From positions 1 to 64,000 of IMG/VR virus record IMGVR_UViG_3300013414_000053: a stretch of 64,000 nt of DNA; one strand, 5' to 3'. The stretch's first letter is position 1, and every line of letters starts with the position of its first letter. A program made the position numbers and the translations under genes. Under the pieces are notes generated by a model that saw nothing but the letters and a program-made list of their open reading frames with translations, ran no database searches and was not told where the DNA came from. Positions 27,435 to 36,939 of this stretch are shown here, in pieces. This stretch comes from a virus. Lineage: Duplodnaviria; Caudoviricetes.

Positions 27435-28769
27435 ATGCGTAAACGCACAGAACATAATTCAAATGGTAATTTCTTTACTGATGAGGCCCTGATTGCCAGT
27501 TATAACCTTGTCAAAAAGACCATTACCGATTATACCGATGAACTGACACGTCGGTGTCGTTACAAAAGTGTTGTCAGTCAAGTTGAGAACGGCACCATTA
27601 TGGATGACCGTTCCAGACTCATAGACCTATATGAAGCCTGCTACATTCAGAATGCACATCTTCAGGGCACCATTGCAACTCTGTTTTCTCAGCTCGTAGG
27701 CAAACGATATATGTTTGCTCGTGAAGATAAAGACGGGAAATGGATAAGAGACCCCAAACAGTCAAAAATATGCCAGGGATCTCAGTTTGAAAAGATTATC
27801 AAAGGCATCATTGAAGCCGAATTATATGGCTATACCTTGCTGGAGATAATGCCTGAAATAGACCCTGAAACTGGATTGCTGAAAGAGGTCAACAGCATTG
27901 AACGCCGATGTGTCCTTCCTGATCAGCGTCGTGTGGTTCAGCGTTGGTGTCAGTGGAGTCCGGGATGGGATTTAGATTCAGAACAGTATCGCCACAACTA
28001 CATTCTGGTCAACACTGGTGGTTTTGGCATCTTTGCCGCCACCACTCCTAACATCCTTGCTCAGAAATATACCGTAAGTAACTGGGTAAACTTCAGCCAT
28101 ACCTATGGGCAACCGATTATTCACGGAAAAACCGAAGCTGAAGATAATGATTCAAGGCAAAGGTTAGCAAGAAAAATTGGTTCTGCTGCTCAAAACAAAG
28201 TCTTAGTGACTGGGAAGGGGGATGAGATTGATATTAAGGCATTTGCCGCCTCTAACTCTGAAAAGATATATGAGTCTTTGGCAAACTTTGTCAACAAGGA
28301 AAATGACAGTCTTATTCTTGGTTCAGAATCAATGGCTGGTGCAACTCAGGCTTATGTCGGTTCTACCAAAGCTCACGAAAATATTTATCGTGCCCGTATC
28401 AATTCATATCGTACACGCATTGAAAATGTGATGAACGAGCAGGTTGTACCGGTACTCAGATATTGGGGTATCATCGAAGCAGATGTGTACTTCAAATATA
28501 TGAATAAAGTGGAAATGTCAGATGAGAATAAGATTAAACTCTATGATATGCTCACTGACAAGTATGAGATTGAGCCAGAAGAAATCAACAAAGAATGGGG
28601 TGTTGAAGTTGGCAAGCAACGCAACTTTGAAGCTGGTAACGGAGGCGGTGGCCTTGGTGACTGGGAAGGTGATGAAGATGGCGATGGTCATCGAATGAGT
28701 GATGAGGAGTATTACAAACGCTATGGTCATCACAGGAATAAAGTAAATTTTCTATCAGGGGTGCGTTAA
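27435..28769 (+). CDS. portal protein (DUF935/Mu gp29-like)
   Basis: ELYGYTLLEI and YGQPIIHGK motifs; first gene of the virion module; ATG 27435 follows ACTATTA. Confidence 0.8.
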   Translation: MRKRTEHNSNGNFFTDEALIASYNLVKKTITDYTDELTRRCRYKSVVSQVENGTIMDDRSRLIDLYEACYIQNAHLQGTIATLFSQLVGKRYMFAREDKDGKWIRDPKQSKICQGSQFEKIIKGIIEAELYGYTLLEIMPEIDPETGLLKEVNSIERRCVLPDQRRVVQRWCQWSPGWDLDSEQYRHNYILVNTGGFGIFAATTPNILAQKYTVSNWVNFSHTYGQPIIHGKTEAEDNDSRQRLARKIGSAAQNKVLVTGKGDEIDIKAFAASNSEKIYESLANFVNKENDSLILGSESMAGATQAYVGSTKAHENIYRARINSYRTRIENVMNEQVVPVLRYWGIIEADVYFKYMNKVEMSDENKIKLYDMLTDKYEIEPEEINKEWGVEVGKQRNFEAGNGGGGLGDWEGDEDGDGHRMSDEEYYKRYGHHRNKVNFLSGVR

Positions 28770-28813
28770 AAGGCGGGCGCACCTCTGAATTGGTCAAACA
28801 GACTAAAGCTGCC

Positions 28814-29668
28814 ATGACCGAAGAACAACAAGCAGAGCATGACAGCGATTATCAGTCTTTGTTAGCCTTATATACTCAGCTACTTAAATCCTTACATAAC
28901 GATGATAAGGAAGAGGCTCTATATGCTCTTGCAGAACTGAGAACAGAGATTGCTTTTAAGCACGTTGTCAAAGGGTTAGGGATTGATATTGATGAGGCTC
29001 TTCAATTATTGAAGAACTCAAATGATGAAAACCTCACCCAGCATGATAAAGACCTTATAGCCCGTCTTACAGCCGGCATCTTAAATCTCATTGACTTTTC
29101 AGTATGTGAAGAGTATCAGTTGTATGATGAGGTGCTGGAGGTTGTGGGAGACACTGAGATTGACTTCAACTCTGATGATTATGATGACTTGGTTGCATTG
29201 TGTAAAAAATACAATGACCAATATTCTGCCATAGAAAACTCCGACATTGAATATGCTGGTGTGATGGCTGCCTTGTGGCTAAAGATGTCAGCAACTGATT
29301 ATGCTGTCTATTGGACTCAAAATGATGCAAAGGTTAGACCCTGGCACATGGCGTTACAAGGATATGCTGCACCCAGAGATGAATTTCCATCGTGGATGAT
29401 TCCACCTATTGAATACAACTGTCGTTGTTTCTTGGAGATTTTGGAGGTTCCACACGCTAATGCAAAGTTGAGCCAAATCAAGGGGTCTGCCAAAGACCTT
29501 ACCAAACCTCAGCAGCTAAATACTGTTTACAGTGAGTCTTTGGCAAAATGTGGTAGAATTTTTGGACCATCCCATAGTTATTTTTCAATTAAAGAAGCTG
29601 ATTCTTCGATGCTTATGGGCTTTGTTTCCAGATTAAGAGAAAAGTATTATGTCTCGGCAGAAATTTGA
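28814..29668 (+). CDS. Mu gpF-like minor head protein
   Basis: YWTQNDAKVRPWH...PPIEYNCRC motif. Confidence 0.85.
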   Translation: MTEEQQAEHDSDYQSLLALYTQLLKSLHNDDKEEALYALAELRTEIAFKHVVKGLGIDIDEALQLLKNSNDENLTQHDKDLIARLTAGILNLIDFSVCEEYQLYDEVLEVVGDTEIDFNSDDYDDLVALCKKYNDQYSAIENSDIEYAGVMAALWLKMSATDYAVYWTQNDAKVRPWHMALQGYAAPRDEFPSWMIPPIEYNCRCFLEILEVPHANAKLSQIKGSAKDLTKPQQLNTVYSESLAKCGRIFGPSHSYFSIKEADSSMLMGFVSRLREKYYVSAEI

Positions 29669-30572
29669 TCCCAGTAAAGTCAAAACCCAATTTGGCAAGC
29701 ATTTCTACGAGGGGCAACGATTAGGTTCTCATCGGGAGAGATTGTATCAGCAATGGCTTCGTAATCAAGGTGGTGGTAGCGTTAAAGGACGTGCCACCTT
29801 CCCGAAGCAATATAGCAAATACTTCAGCTCTGGTACAAAATTCACCACTCGACAAGGCCATATTGCTCCTTGGGCCAAACCTATGACTTTGAAAGGAGGC
29901 TCAAATCCCAACTATAACTGGGGAAGAGTAAGCTATATCAATTCAAAAGGTTTGGTCAGTAAGTCCTCATCCAGTGGTCGTTGGGGTGCTGATACCAATC
30001 AGGGGAAAAGAGGCGCCGGTGGTTCAGCTACAATTCTTAATGGAACAAAGCAATGGATAGGACAAATTCAAATCAGTCAGTATGCTCTTCGTGTGCAGGC
30101 AGAAAACTTTAGGGTTGTAGTCGGTCGAAGAGCAATGAAAGTGTTTCAAAATTCTTTCAAATATCAGCAATTCTATAGTAATCGCTCTCGAAGATGGACT
30201 CCGCTTTCCCCCTATACTCTAAAGAAACGTGCGAAAAGAGGTACTGGCAGTCGAATCCTCAAAGAATATGGGGATTTGTATAACTCAATCAAACTGGATG
30301 AAAGTGCTGGAATGGGACGTACCAGGGTTTACACTGATATTGTGCCGGCCAATGCTGGTCATCATAAAAAGCACAGCATCTGTTACGCTGGTTATCACAA
30401 TGAGGGTAAAGGAACCTATGGTAGTGCATGGAATGGGCATAAACCCAAACCATATATAAAACGACAATTTATGGGCCACTCCAGTTACTTAAATCCATTT
30501 ACCGATAGCTTTATGCGCAAAATGATGAAGCTATACCTCTTTGACAGTGTGTTCCTTATAAAGAAAACCTAA
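29649..30572 (+). CDS. virion morphogenesis protein (Mu gpG-like)
   Basis: WTPLSPYT.K.R....RIL...G.LYNSI and RQFMG motifs; very basic. Confidence 0.65.
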   Translation: MSRQKFDPSKVKTQFGKHFYEGQRLGSHRERLYQQWLRNQGGGSVKGRATFPKQYSKYFSSGTKFTTRQGHIAPWAKPMTLKGGSNPNYNWGRVSYINSKGLVSKSSSSGRWGADTNQGKRGAGGSATILNGTKQWIGQIQISQYALRVQAENFRVVVGRRAMKVFQNSFKYQQFYSNRSRRWTPLSPYTLKKRAKRGTGSRILKEYGDLYNSIKLDESAGMGRTRVYTDIVPANAGHHKKHSICYAGYHNEGKGTYGSAWNGHKPKPYIKRQFMGHSSYLNPFTDSFMRKMMKLYLFDSVFLIKKT

Positions 30573-30596
30573 GCTATTATCAATAAAGATTGAACA

Positions 30597-31337
30597 ATGC
30601 TTGTAGATAAGAAAAACAATAAAGTCATAAGTGGCAATAAAACCAGTGCCATAGCACCAAAAGACCCACCTAAAGAGAAGCCTATTAAGCCTCTTCAGGT
30701 GGAGTCTAATGGGCCTATGGATGTACTGAAAGCGATGAAAGAGATTCTTCGCTCCGTCACTTGGGAATATGGGGTTGAAAATAGCCCTAAGATATTCAAA
30801 ACTGTTCAAATTGATGATGGTCAATATGAGCGCATTATTTCTCCCAGTGGCAATAAGGAAGAAACTTTGGGTTTTCCAGCAGCCTTTGTTCACTTTATAA
30901 ACTGGAGGTATTTGGTGCAGCAATCCAGAATTAATGAGGGTCGAGCAGAACTGAGAATAAGATTTATCCTCAATAGTCTTAACGTACATGAGGACGGTCA
31001 CGATATGGGAGTGTATTATGTCGCAGAGCGTATCCATCAGACAATTCAAGAAAGTATCAGTAAATATGAGTGTCTGCAAGAACGCTGTCAACTGGAATAT
31101 ATCGACCCAATGGAAAGTTTTGATCACGGACTCCAACCTTGCTGGATGACTTATGAAGTATGGTTCAGGCAAAGGAATATTTGGGCCACACGCAATAAAA
31201 TCTATAAGAAATTTGTGTGTCCTCCATTTACAAATCATGCCGACCAAGACCCCACAGTCGAAGGCGTTAATCCAGATGAACATACCAATTTGGAACACCC
31301 TAAGACTTATGATGAGGCCACAGAGTACATTCCATAG
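30597..31337 (+). CDS. putative neck/tail completion protein
   Basis: Position in the module; FPAAFVHF motif. Confidence 0.5.
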   Translation: MLVDKKNNKVISGNKTSAIAPKDPPKEKPIKPLQVESNGPMDVLKAMKEILRSVTWEYGVENSPKIFKTVQIDDGQYERIISPSGNKEETLGFPAAFVHFINWRYLVQQSRINEGRAELRIRFILNSLNVHEDGHDMGVYYVAERIHQTIQESISKYECLQERCQLEYIDPMESFDHGLQPCWMTYEVWFRQRNIWATRNKIYKKFVCPPFTNHADQDPTVEGVNPDEHTNLEHPKTYDEATEYIP

Positions 31338-31373
31338 CCATTTTGAATGTAATATATTGTATTACCGATATTT

Positions 31374-31402
31374 AGCCCCTGTTTATCGCAGGGGCTTTTT
31401 TG
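31374..31402 (+). terminator. Rho-independent terminator
   Basis: AGCCCCTG...CAGGGGCT followed by a T-tract. Confidence 0.75.
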
Positions 31403-31434
31403 TTGCTCACTATTACTAAGAAAATTAAGCAACA

Positions 31435-32682
31435 ATGGCAAAAAGTAAAGAATTTAAGTTTATCAAAGGTGCTTATTGTACCGGTTCTCCTGCCGATATT
31501 TGCTACTACACCGATGTTGATTACTGGAGTGTACAAGACTTTATCTGGGAATTTGATTACCTCGTCAATTATATCAATCCCAGCAAAATCCGCATCCATA
31601 TTAATTCAGTCGGGGGCAGTGTCATCGAAGGGATGAGCGTATTCGCCAAAATTATGGATTGTAAGATCCCCACTGAATGTATCAACGACGCTTTGGCTGC
31701 TTCTATGGGCTCAATCATTTGGGCTGCCGGCGATGAGCTCTTTATGAAAGATTATGCTCTTCTGATGATACACAATCCTTTTTGCGATTGCAATGGGGAT
31801 AAGCAATACAATCAGGCAACTGAAGCCCTCACTCAGCAACTTAAAACTATCTATGTCAAGCGTTTCGGCCTCTCAGAAGATGAAGTTGAAAACATTATGA
31901 ATGGCAAAGAGGGTGAAGATGGAACATTCCTTACAGCAACCCAGGCTCTTGAAAAGGGATTTGTGGACGCAGAACACATCATTGAAACACCAAAAGCCAT
32001 CAAAGATAAAATTCAAGCTGCCCTGAAAGACACCAAAGATGTGGCTCAAATCAGGGCCATTTACGGATTGATGGCACCTACGCTTCCCTCCACGACTATT
32101 AACGAACAGAATATCACATCAAATTCAAACACAATGGATAAAAGCGAAATCACAGTTTTTGCCGCTCTTTTCGGACTGACTGGAGAGAAGGCTACCGCCG
32201 ACAACATCACGGCGAAGATTAATGAGCTTAAAGCCAAAGCTGACAAGGCAGAGGCAAACCAGAAAGCTCTTGATGAAGCAAAGGCAGAGCTTACCACTGT
32301 CAAAGCGGAACTCACCGGCGCAAAGACTTCAATCAGCAACCTTACCGCCGATCTCACCAAGGCCAAGGATGCACTGAAGGTCTATCAGGATGCAGAGGCG
32401 AAGGCTAAGGAGGACAAGATAAATGCTCTTGTTGACAAGGCCATCAAGGACTGCAAAATCAGCAAGGATGATCGTGAGGCTTACGTCAAGATGGCCCAGA
32501 ACGATTTTGAGCTTGCTGAACGCATCCTCGCCACCATCCCCGCTCGTGACAACATCGGCGCAGCTATTTCTGAGGCCAACCAGGACACCGCCAAAGACGG
32601 TATCCAGACCGAAGAGCAGAAAGTTCAGGCCAAGGTCGAAGATGTCGTGGGAAAAGACTTCAAGTTCAAATCCCTCGACTAA
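31435..32682 (+). CDS. ClpP-type head maturation protease fused to a scaffold domain
   Basis: HINSVGGSV, LAASMGS (catalytic Ser), LMIHNP (His); coiled-coil C-terminus. Confidence 0.9.
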   Translation: MAKSKEFKFIKGAYCTGSPADICYYTDVDYWSVQDFIWEFDYLVNYINPSKIRIHINSVGGSVIEGMSVFAKIMDCKIPTECINDALAASMGSIIWAAGDELFMKDYALLMIHNPFCDCNGDKQYNQATEALTQQLKTIYVKRFGLSEDEVENIMNGKEGEDGTFLTATQALEKGFVDAEHIIETPKAIKDKIQAALKDTKDVAQIRAIYGLMAPTLPSTTINEQNITSNSNTMDKSEITVFAALFGLTGEKATADNITAKINELKAKADKAEANQKALDEAKAELTTVKAELTGAKTSISNLTADLTKAKDALKVYQDAEAKAKEDKINALVDKAIKDCKISKDDREAYVKMAQNDFELAERILATIPARDNIGAAISEANQDTAKDGIQTEEQKVQAKVEDVVGKDFKFKSLD

Positions 32683-32725
32683 TCGCCAGCAAATCAATCA
32701 ATAAATAATTTAATTCACAACAACA

Positions 32726-33781
32726 ATGGCAGCATTTACTTTTAACGCGGGTCAGAGTAACTATACTGGTGAAGTCCTTGGTGATCTTCTGACCCTTACC
32801 GCCCAGGAGAATGAGACCTACAAGGAGGGTCTTATTCACATCAAGTCGGGCATCCAGAAGAAATATGCTCTTCCCAGTGTACGTCTTGGAAAAATCATTC
32901 AGGACCACAAGGCTACTCCTAATTCAAGCGTGGGCGAATATCAGTTTGCAGAGCGCTATCTGGAGCCGGAAGATTTTATGATCTATCTGGAGTTCAACCC
33001 CCGCGACTTCGAGCAGTATTATCGTCCGTTCCAGCCGAAGGGCAATCTCGTATTCCGCGAACTCGACCCCAAGGTTCAGGCAACAATGATCCGTCTGCTT
33101 ATGGAGTCAGAGCAGGAATACATCAACCAGGCTATCTGGTGCTCCGCAACTGCAACAGAACGTGCCAAGATCGCAAGCAGCGATGGCTCAGTTGCCGCTG
33201 GTGCAACAGAAATTGGTGGCGATGCAGAGGCCGGCCCCATGAAGTATTTTAACGGTGCTATCGCCCGTATGCTTATGAACGCCGCCGCAGCTGCTACCTC
33301 CGAAGATGCAAAATGTGGTCAGGTCAATATCGCCGGCACCGGCACATTTGCCGATGGTGAGGCTGTCGAGAAAGAGCTTTACGCGATGTGGGAAGCAACC
33401 GCTCCCAAGATCCGCAAGAAAGCTGGTCTTGTCATCCTTATGGACTACAAGTCTTGGGATGCTTACAACAAGTACCTCTCGGCCAAGACCATGAAGTACA
33501 GCGACAACCGCAAGGAGAACGAGCATCGTTTCCAGGGCAAGCGCATCATTCCTATGGTTGCTCTTCCCAACGATACCATCTTCATGGGCGTGTTCACTAC
33601 TGGCGTTGACTCAAATCTCTGGATGGGTGTTGACTACGCCAACGATGAGGACGTACTTCAGATCGACAAGCTCCAGAACAACTCTGAGCTTTACTTCTTC
33701 AAGGTGCTTCTCAAAATGGACGTCAACATTGTCCGTCCTTCGGAGATCACGGCTCACATTCCGTTCAAGTACACCGCGTAA
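32726..33781 (+). CDS. major capsid protein
   Basis: 351 aa, directly after the protease/scaffold, highly biased codon usage. Confidence 0.8.
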   Translation: MAAFTFNAGQSNYTGEVLGDLLTLTAQENETYKEGLIHIKSGIQKKYALPSVRLGKIIQDHKATPNSSVGEYQFAERYLEPEDFMIYLEFNPRDFEQYYRPFQPKGNLVFRELDPKVQATMIRLLMESEQEYINQAIWCSATATERAKIASSDGSVAAGATEIGGDAEAGPMKYFNGAIARMLMNAAAAATSEDAKCGQVNIAGTGTFADGEAVEKELYAMWEATAPKIRKKAGLVILMDYKSWDAYNKYLSAKTMKYSDNRKENEHRFQGKRIIPMVALPNDTIFMGVFTTGVDSNLWMGVDYANDEDVLQIDKLQNNSELYFFKVLLKMDVNIVRPSEITAHIPFKYTA

Positions 33782-33796
33782 CCAACATCAACAACT

Positions 33797-33826
33797 TAGC
33801 AAGGTGGTGTAAAAGCCACCTTGCTT
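33797..33826 (+). terminator. hairpin after the capsid gene
   Basis: AGCAAGGTGG...CCACCTTGCT. Confidence 0.55.
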
Positions 33827-33841
33827 AAATCCTTCACAACT

Positions 33842-34198
33842 ATGGGTAGAAGCAAAAAAACCGAAACAGCAAAAGCCGAAGAAGCAGTTGTGGTTGACGT
33901 TCAGGTGAGCGAAGAGGTAACACCCTCAGAACCTACTCCAGAAGCGGAAGCACAGCCGTCAAATGAAATCGAAGAGGTCGAAGAAGCTCCTAAGATTGCT
34001 AAAGAGGTGAAAACCTCAGCAAAGAGCGAGCCGGCCGAAGAGATTTCCCCTCGTGAAGCAGAGCTGATGCGCCTTTATCCCCAGTATGAGAAAATCTGGA
34101 TTACTCCCAGAGGATTTGTACATCCCGAAGGAACTCCAGCCTATCTGCTGAAAGGTGCTAAACTTTTCAAAAACAAATTTTTCAACAATAAAAAGTAA
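33842..34198 (+). CDS. hypothetical virion-associated protein, E/P/A-rich
   Basis: ORF 33821..34198, ATG at 33842. Confidence 0.7.
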   Translation: MGRSKKTETAKAEEAVVVDVQVSEEVTPSEPTPEAEAQPSNEIEEVEEAPKIAKEVKTSAKSEPAEEISPREAELMRLYPQYEKIWITPRGFVHPEGTPAYLLKGAKLFKNKFFNNKK

Positions 34199-34204
34199 TT
34201 CACA

Positions 34205-35575
34205 ATGGCTACGAATACAAATTTAGGTGGTGTTTTTACCACTGACATTGACGGCAAGCGCAATAGCAATGTGTTCCTGAGCACTGAGAATGTTGTGGGT
34301 ATCATCTTCGATACAAGTATCGTTGGTGGTCTTGACAAGGCTCTGGGCGAAGATACTCTTGCTGCTCAGACGTTTGCCAAGGGCAGTGTCGTGGAACTTA
34401 ACACCACAAAGGATGTAGCTGAAGCCGGTATCGACGATACTGTACTTGCTGGTATTGCAAAATATCATCTTGACAGCTTCTTCAGTCTGGCCGGTGGCAC
34501 TCAGCGCATCTTCGTTTCATTTATGAACAGCGATGAGGATCCCGATTTTGAGGCTGTTGAGCAGATGCAGCTCGCATCGGGTGGTATCATCTATCAGATC
34601 GGTGTCTGGACCGGCAAGCCGATTGCCAAGACAAATAAGGATGGTTCCTATTCTGTCGAGGCCGGTAACATCTGTGCAAAGCTCGAAGCAGTGGCAGAAG
34701 TTCTCGGTGGCAAAGTCGGTATCACAAACTATGAGGGCAACGCGCCTCTGAACCTTCTCGTTTCGGCGCCTATTCTCAATGAGCCTACAATCGACATCAA
34801 GAAACTGCCCGATCTGAGCGGTCTCAATATGCCGAAAACTACAGTGCTTATTGGTCAGGCTCCCACCGATACTGTTCACGAGCTGATGTATGCTGTCAAT
34901 CACGTTGCTGACACCCCCTCCTACGCTCCTGTAGGTTGTGTAGGTGCCGCTCTGGGTTGTCTTGCAGTTGCACCGGCCAATGAGAGTATCGCCCACGTCG
35001 CCAGCTTCAATCTTGCTGCTGTGATGCAGGATGCAGAGCTTGGTTTTGGTAATCTCGTCGAGGACGCAGAGAACAAGACCTACTCCGATGAGTCCTCATT
35101 CACCAACATCAAGACTCTTGGTTATACCAAGCGCAACACTTTCCTTCACAAGAATGGTTATGTGTTCCTGGTGAACTATGATGGTCTTGAAAACAGCATC
35201 TTCTTCAGCAGCGACCAGACCCTCAGCACCGGCGATTATCGCACACTTGCTCGTTGTCGCGTAATGCACAAGAGCCGTCGTGTAGTTCGCCGCGCCCTTC
35301 TTCCCCGTGTCAACTCTAACGTAGAGGTGGATCTGTCAACCGGACATCTTTCTGCTTCTGCTGTGGCAGAGTTCCAGAATCTCGTTATCGAGGCTTTGGA
35401 TAAGAATATGGTCGAACCCGGCACCTCAAAGCCCCAGGTAAGTGGCCGCACCTGTACGATTGACCCCAATCAGAACGTGCTTGACACTGATGCCATCGAC
35501 ATCAATTATGCCCTCGTTCCGCTGGGTGTAACTGGAGAGATCAAAGTCACCGAAGGTTTTGCCAACTCCATCTAA
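34205..35575 (+). CDS. tail sheath protein (DUF2586-like)
   Basis: 456 aa, precedes the tube; RVMHKSRRVVRRAL and C-terminal sheath pattern. Confidence 0.75.
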   Translation: MATNTNLGGVFTTDIDGKRNSNVFLSTENVVGIIFDTSIVGGLDKALGEDTLAAQTFAKGSVVELNTTKDVAEAGIDDTVLAGIAKYHLDSFFSLAGGTQRIFVSFMNSDEDPDFEAVEQMQLASGGIIYQIGVWTGKPIAKTNKDGSYSVEAGNICAKLEAVAEVLGGKVGITNYEGNAPLNLLVSAPILNEPTIDIKKLPDLSGLNMPKTTVLIGQAPTDTVHELMYAVNHVADTPSYAPVGCVGAALGCLAVAPANESIAHVASFNLAAVMQDAELGFGNLVEDAENKTYSDESSFTNIKTLGYTKRNTFLHKNGYVFLVNYDGLENSIFFSSDQTLSTGDYRTLARCRVMHKSRRVVRRALLPRVNSNVEVDLSTGHLSASAVAEFQNLVIEALDKNMVEPGTSKPQVSGRTCTIDPNQNVLDTDAIDINYALVPLGVTGEIKVTEGFANSI

Positions 35576-35608
35576 AGCCAATGTTTAACAAACTAATATA
35601 ATACAACA

Positions 35609-36109
35609 ATGGCAGCAACAATCAATAATGTAGCATACAGTTGGTCAATGATTCAGCTTCAGACCAACCTCGATGGTGAGAGTGCTCAGAACCCGATTTT
35701 CGTTGATTGTACCGCTATCAAGTGGGACACCAAACGTAAAATCGAGTCTATCTACGGACTCGGTGGCCAGCCTCGCAAGCGTGGTTTCGGTAATGTGACC
35801 TATGAGGCAAGTATCACTCTGCCTTACGGCACACAGATTGACCTTCGTGACCGTTCAACTGACGGTACGCTTCTGGGTCTTGGTGAGTTCAACCTCATCA
35901 TCTCTTGGGTCAACGACGTGGCCGCAAACATCACTACCGAAACCGTAACTCTCGCAGGATGTATTCTTGCAGAAGGTGGTATGGATGCCAGCCAGGACGA
36001 TACTTCTCTGTCAAGAGAGTTCGATCTGCACCCGCACCGCATCTACACCGGCAAGGTTCAAAGCAACGCAAACATGAGCTGGTCTCACGAGCTTTACGGC
36101 GGCGCGTAA
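35609..36109 (+). CDS. tail tube protein
   Basis: YSWSMIQL, YGLGGQPRKRGFGNVTYEASITL; follows the sheath. Confidence 0.8.
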   Translation: MAATINNVAYSWSMIQLQTNLDGESAQNPIFVDCTAIKWDTKRKIESIYGLGGQPRKRGFGNVTYEASITLPYGTQIDLRDRSTDGTLLGLGEFNLIISWVNDVAANITTETVTLAGCILAEGGMDASQDDTSLSREFDLHPHRIYTGKVQSNANMSWSHELYGGA

Positions 36110-36135
36110 TCGGTTTTCTTGTTATACTTTCAGTT

Positions 36136-36178
36136 GGAGAGAGCAGTCGGAAACGGTTGCTCTCTCATATTTTTTTTG
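36136..36178 (+). terminator. Rho-independent terminator
   Basis: GAGAGAGCA...TGCTCTCTC followed by a T-tract. Confidence 0.7.
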
Positions 36179-36257
36179 AAGATGAACTATTATATATTGA
36201 CGACTGACAAAACTCGTCAAACTGATAACATTTAACAATTAAACCAAATAACCAACA

Positions 36258-36677
36258 ATGGCAAAAGAAAAGAAAACAGCAGATGCTGTAGCTGAGGCTC
36301 AGGCTGCTCCCGCAATCGAGTTCGTAGGTAACGTGAATGTACCTCTCGAAATCCGTGAAGAAATCGTCAAGAAGGCCGAAGCTCTGAAGGCCGAGCATAA
36401 GCTCCGCAAGATCTTTATCATCGTTGTCGAAGGCGAAGAAGGTGATGACAAACCTTTCTACATCGCTTACATGCGCCGCCCCAGCCTCATGCACTTCAGC
36501 CAGTATATGAATTTCGCCCAGAAGGACGTGATTCAGGCAAACAAGATGCTCGCAACAAACGTGTTCCTCGCCGGCGACCGCGAACTGGTCGATGATGATG
36601 AACTCTTCCTCTACGGTGCGATGAACCAGCTCACCTCGCTCATTGAGGCCCGCAATGCCGAAATGGTAAAAAAATAG
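36258..36677 (+). CDS. tail assembly chaperone (G-like)
   Basis: 139 aa between tube and tape measure; ends in A AAA AAA TAG. Confidence 0.75.
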   Translation: MAKEKKTADAVAEAQAAPAIEFVGNVNVPLEIREEIVKKAEALKAEHKLRKIFIIVVEGEEGDDKPFYIAYMRRPSLMHFSQYMNFAQKDVIQANKMLATNVFLAGDRELVDDDELFLYGAMNQLTSLIEARNAEMVKK

Positions 36678-36877
36678 AGCGTTGTCGAATAGACAAAGAG
36701 GATGTTTACAGACAACGCTATGCACTGATGGCTTACTACTATCCTCATTTGGACTTAGACAACATGACAGACGATGATTTTGCCTTTTGGTCAGAAAATG
36801 CCTACTGGGTACATTCTCAGATGCTCATGGTTCAACAAGCCAATACGGTAGGTATGCTGACAGGAGGTGCAAAATAA
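36674..36877 (+). CDS. -1 frameshift extension of the tail chaperone (GT-like)
   Basis: 67-codon open -1 frame (IERCRIDKEDVYRQRYALMAYYYPHLD...GGAK*) starting at the A7 slippery run 36668-36674. Confidence 0.75.
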   Translation: MERCRIDKEDVYRQRYALMAYYYPHLDLDNMTDDDFAFWSENAYWVHSQMLMVQQANTVGMLTGGAK

Positions 36878-36939
36878 TTCAGGATAGGAGCTTAACGGCT
36901 CCTATTCTTGTTTTTGGACTATTATTATAAAAAGACAGA

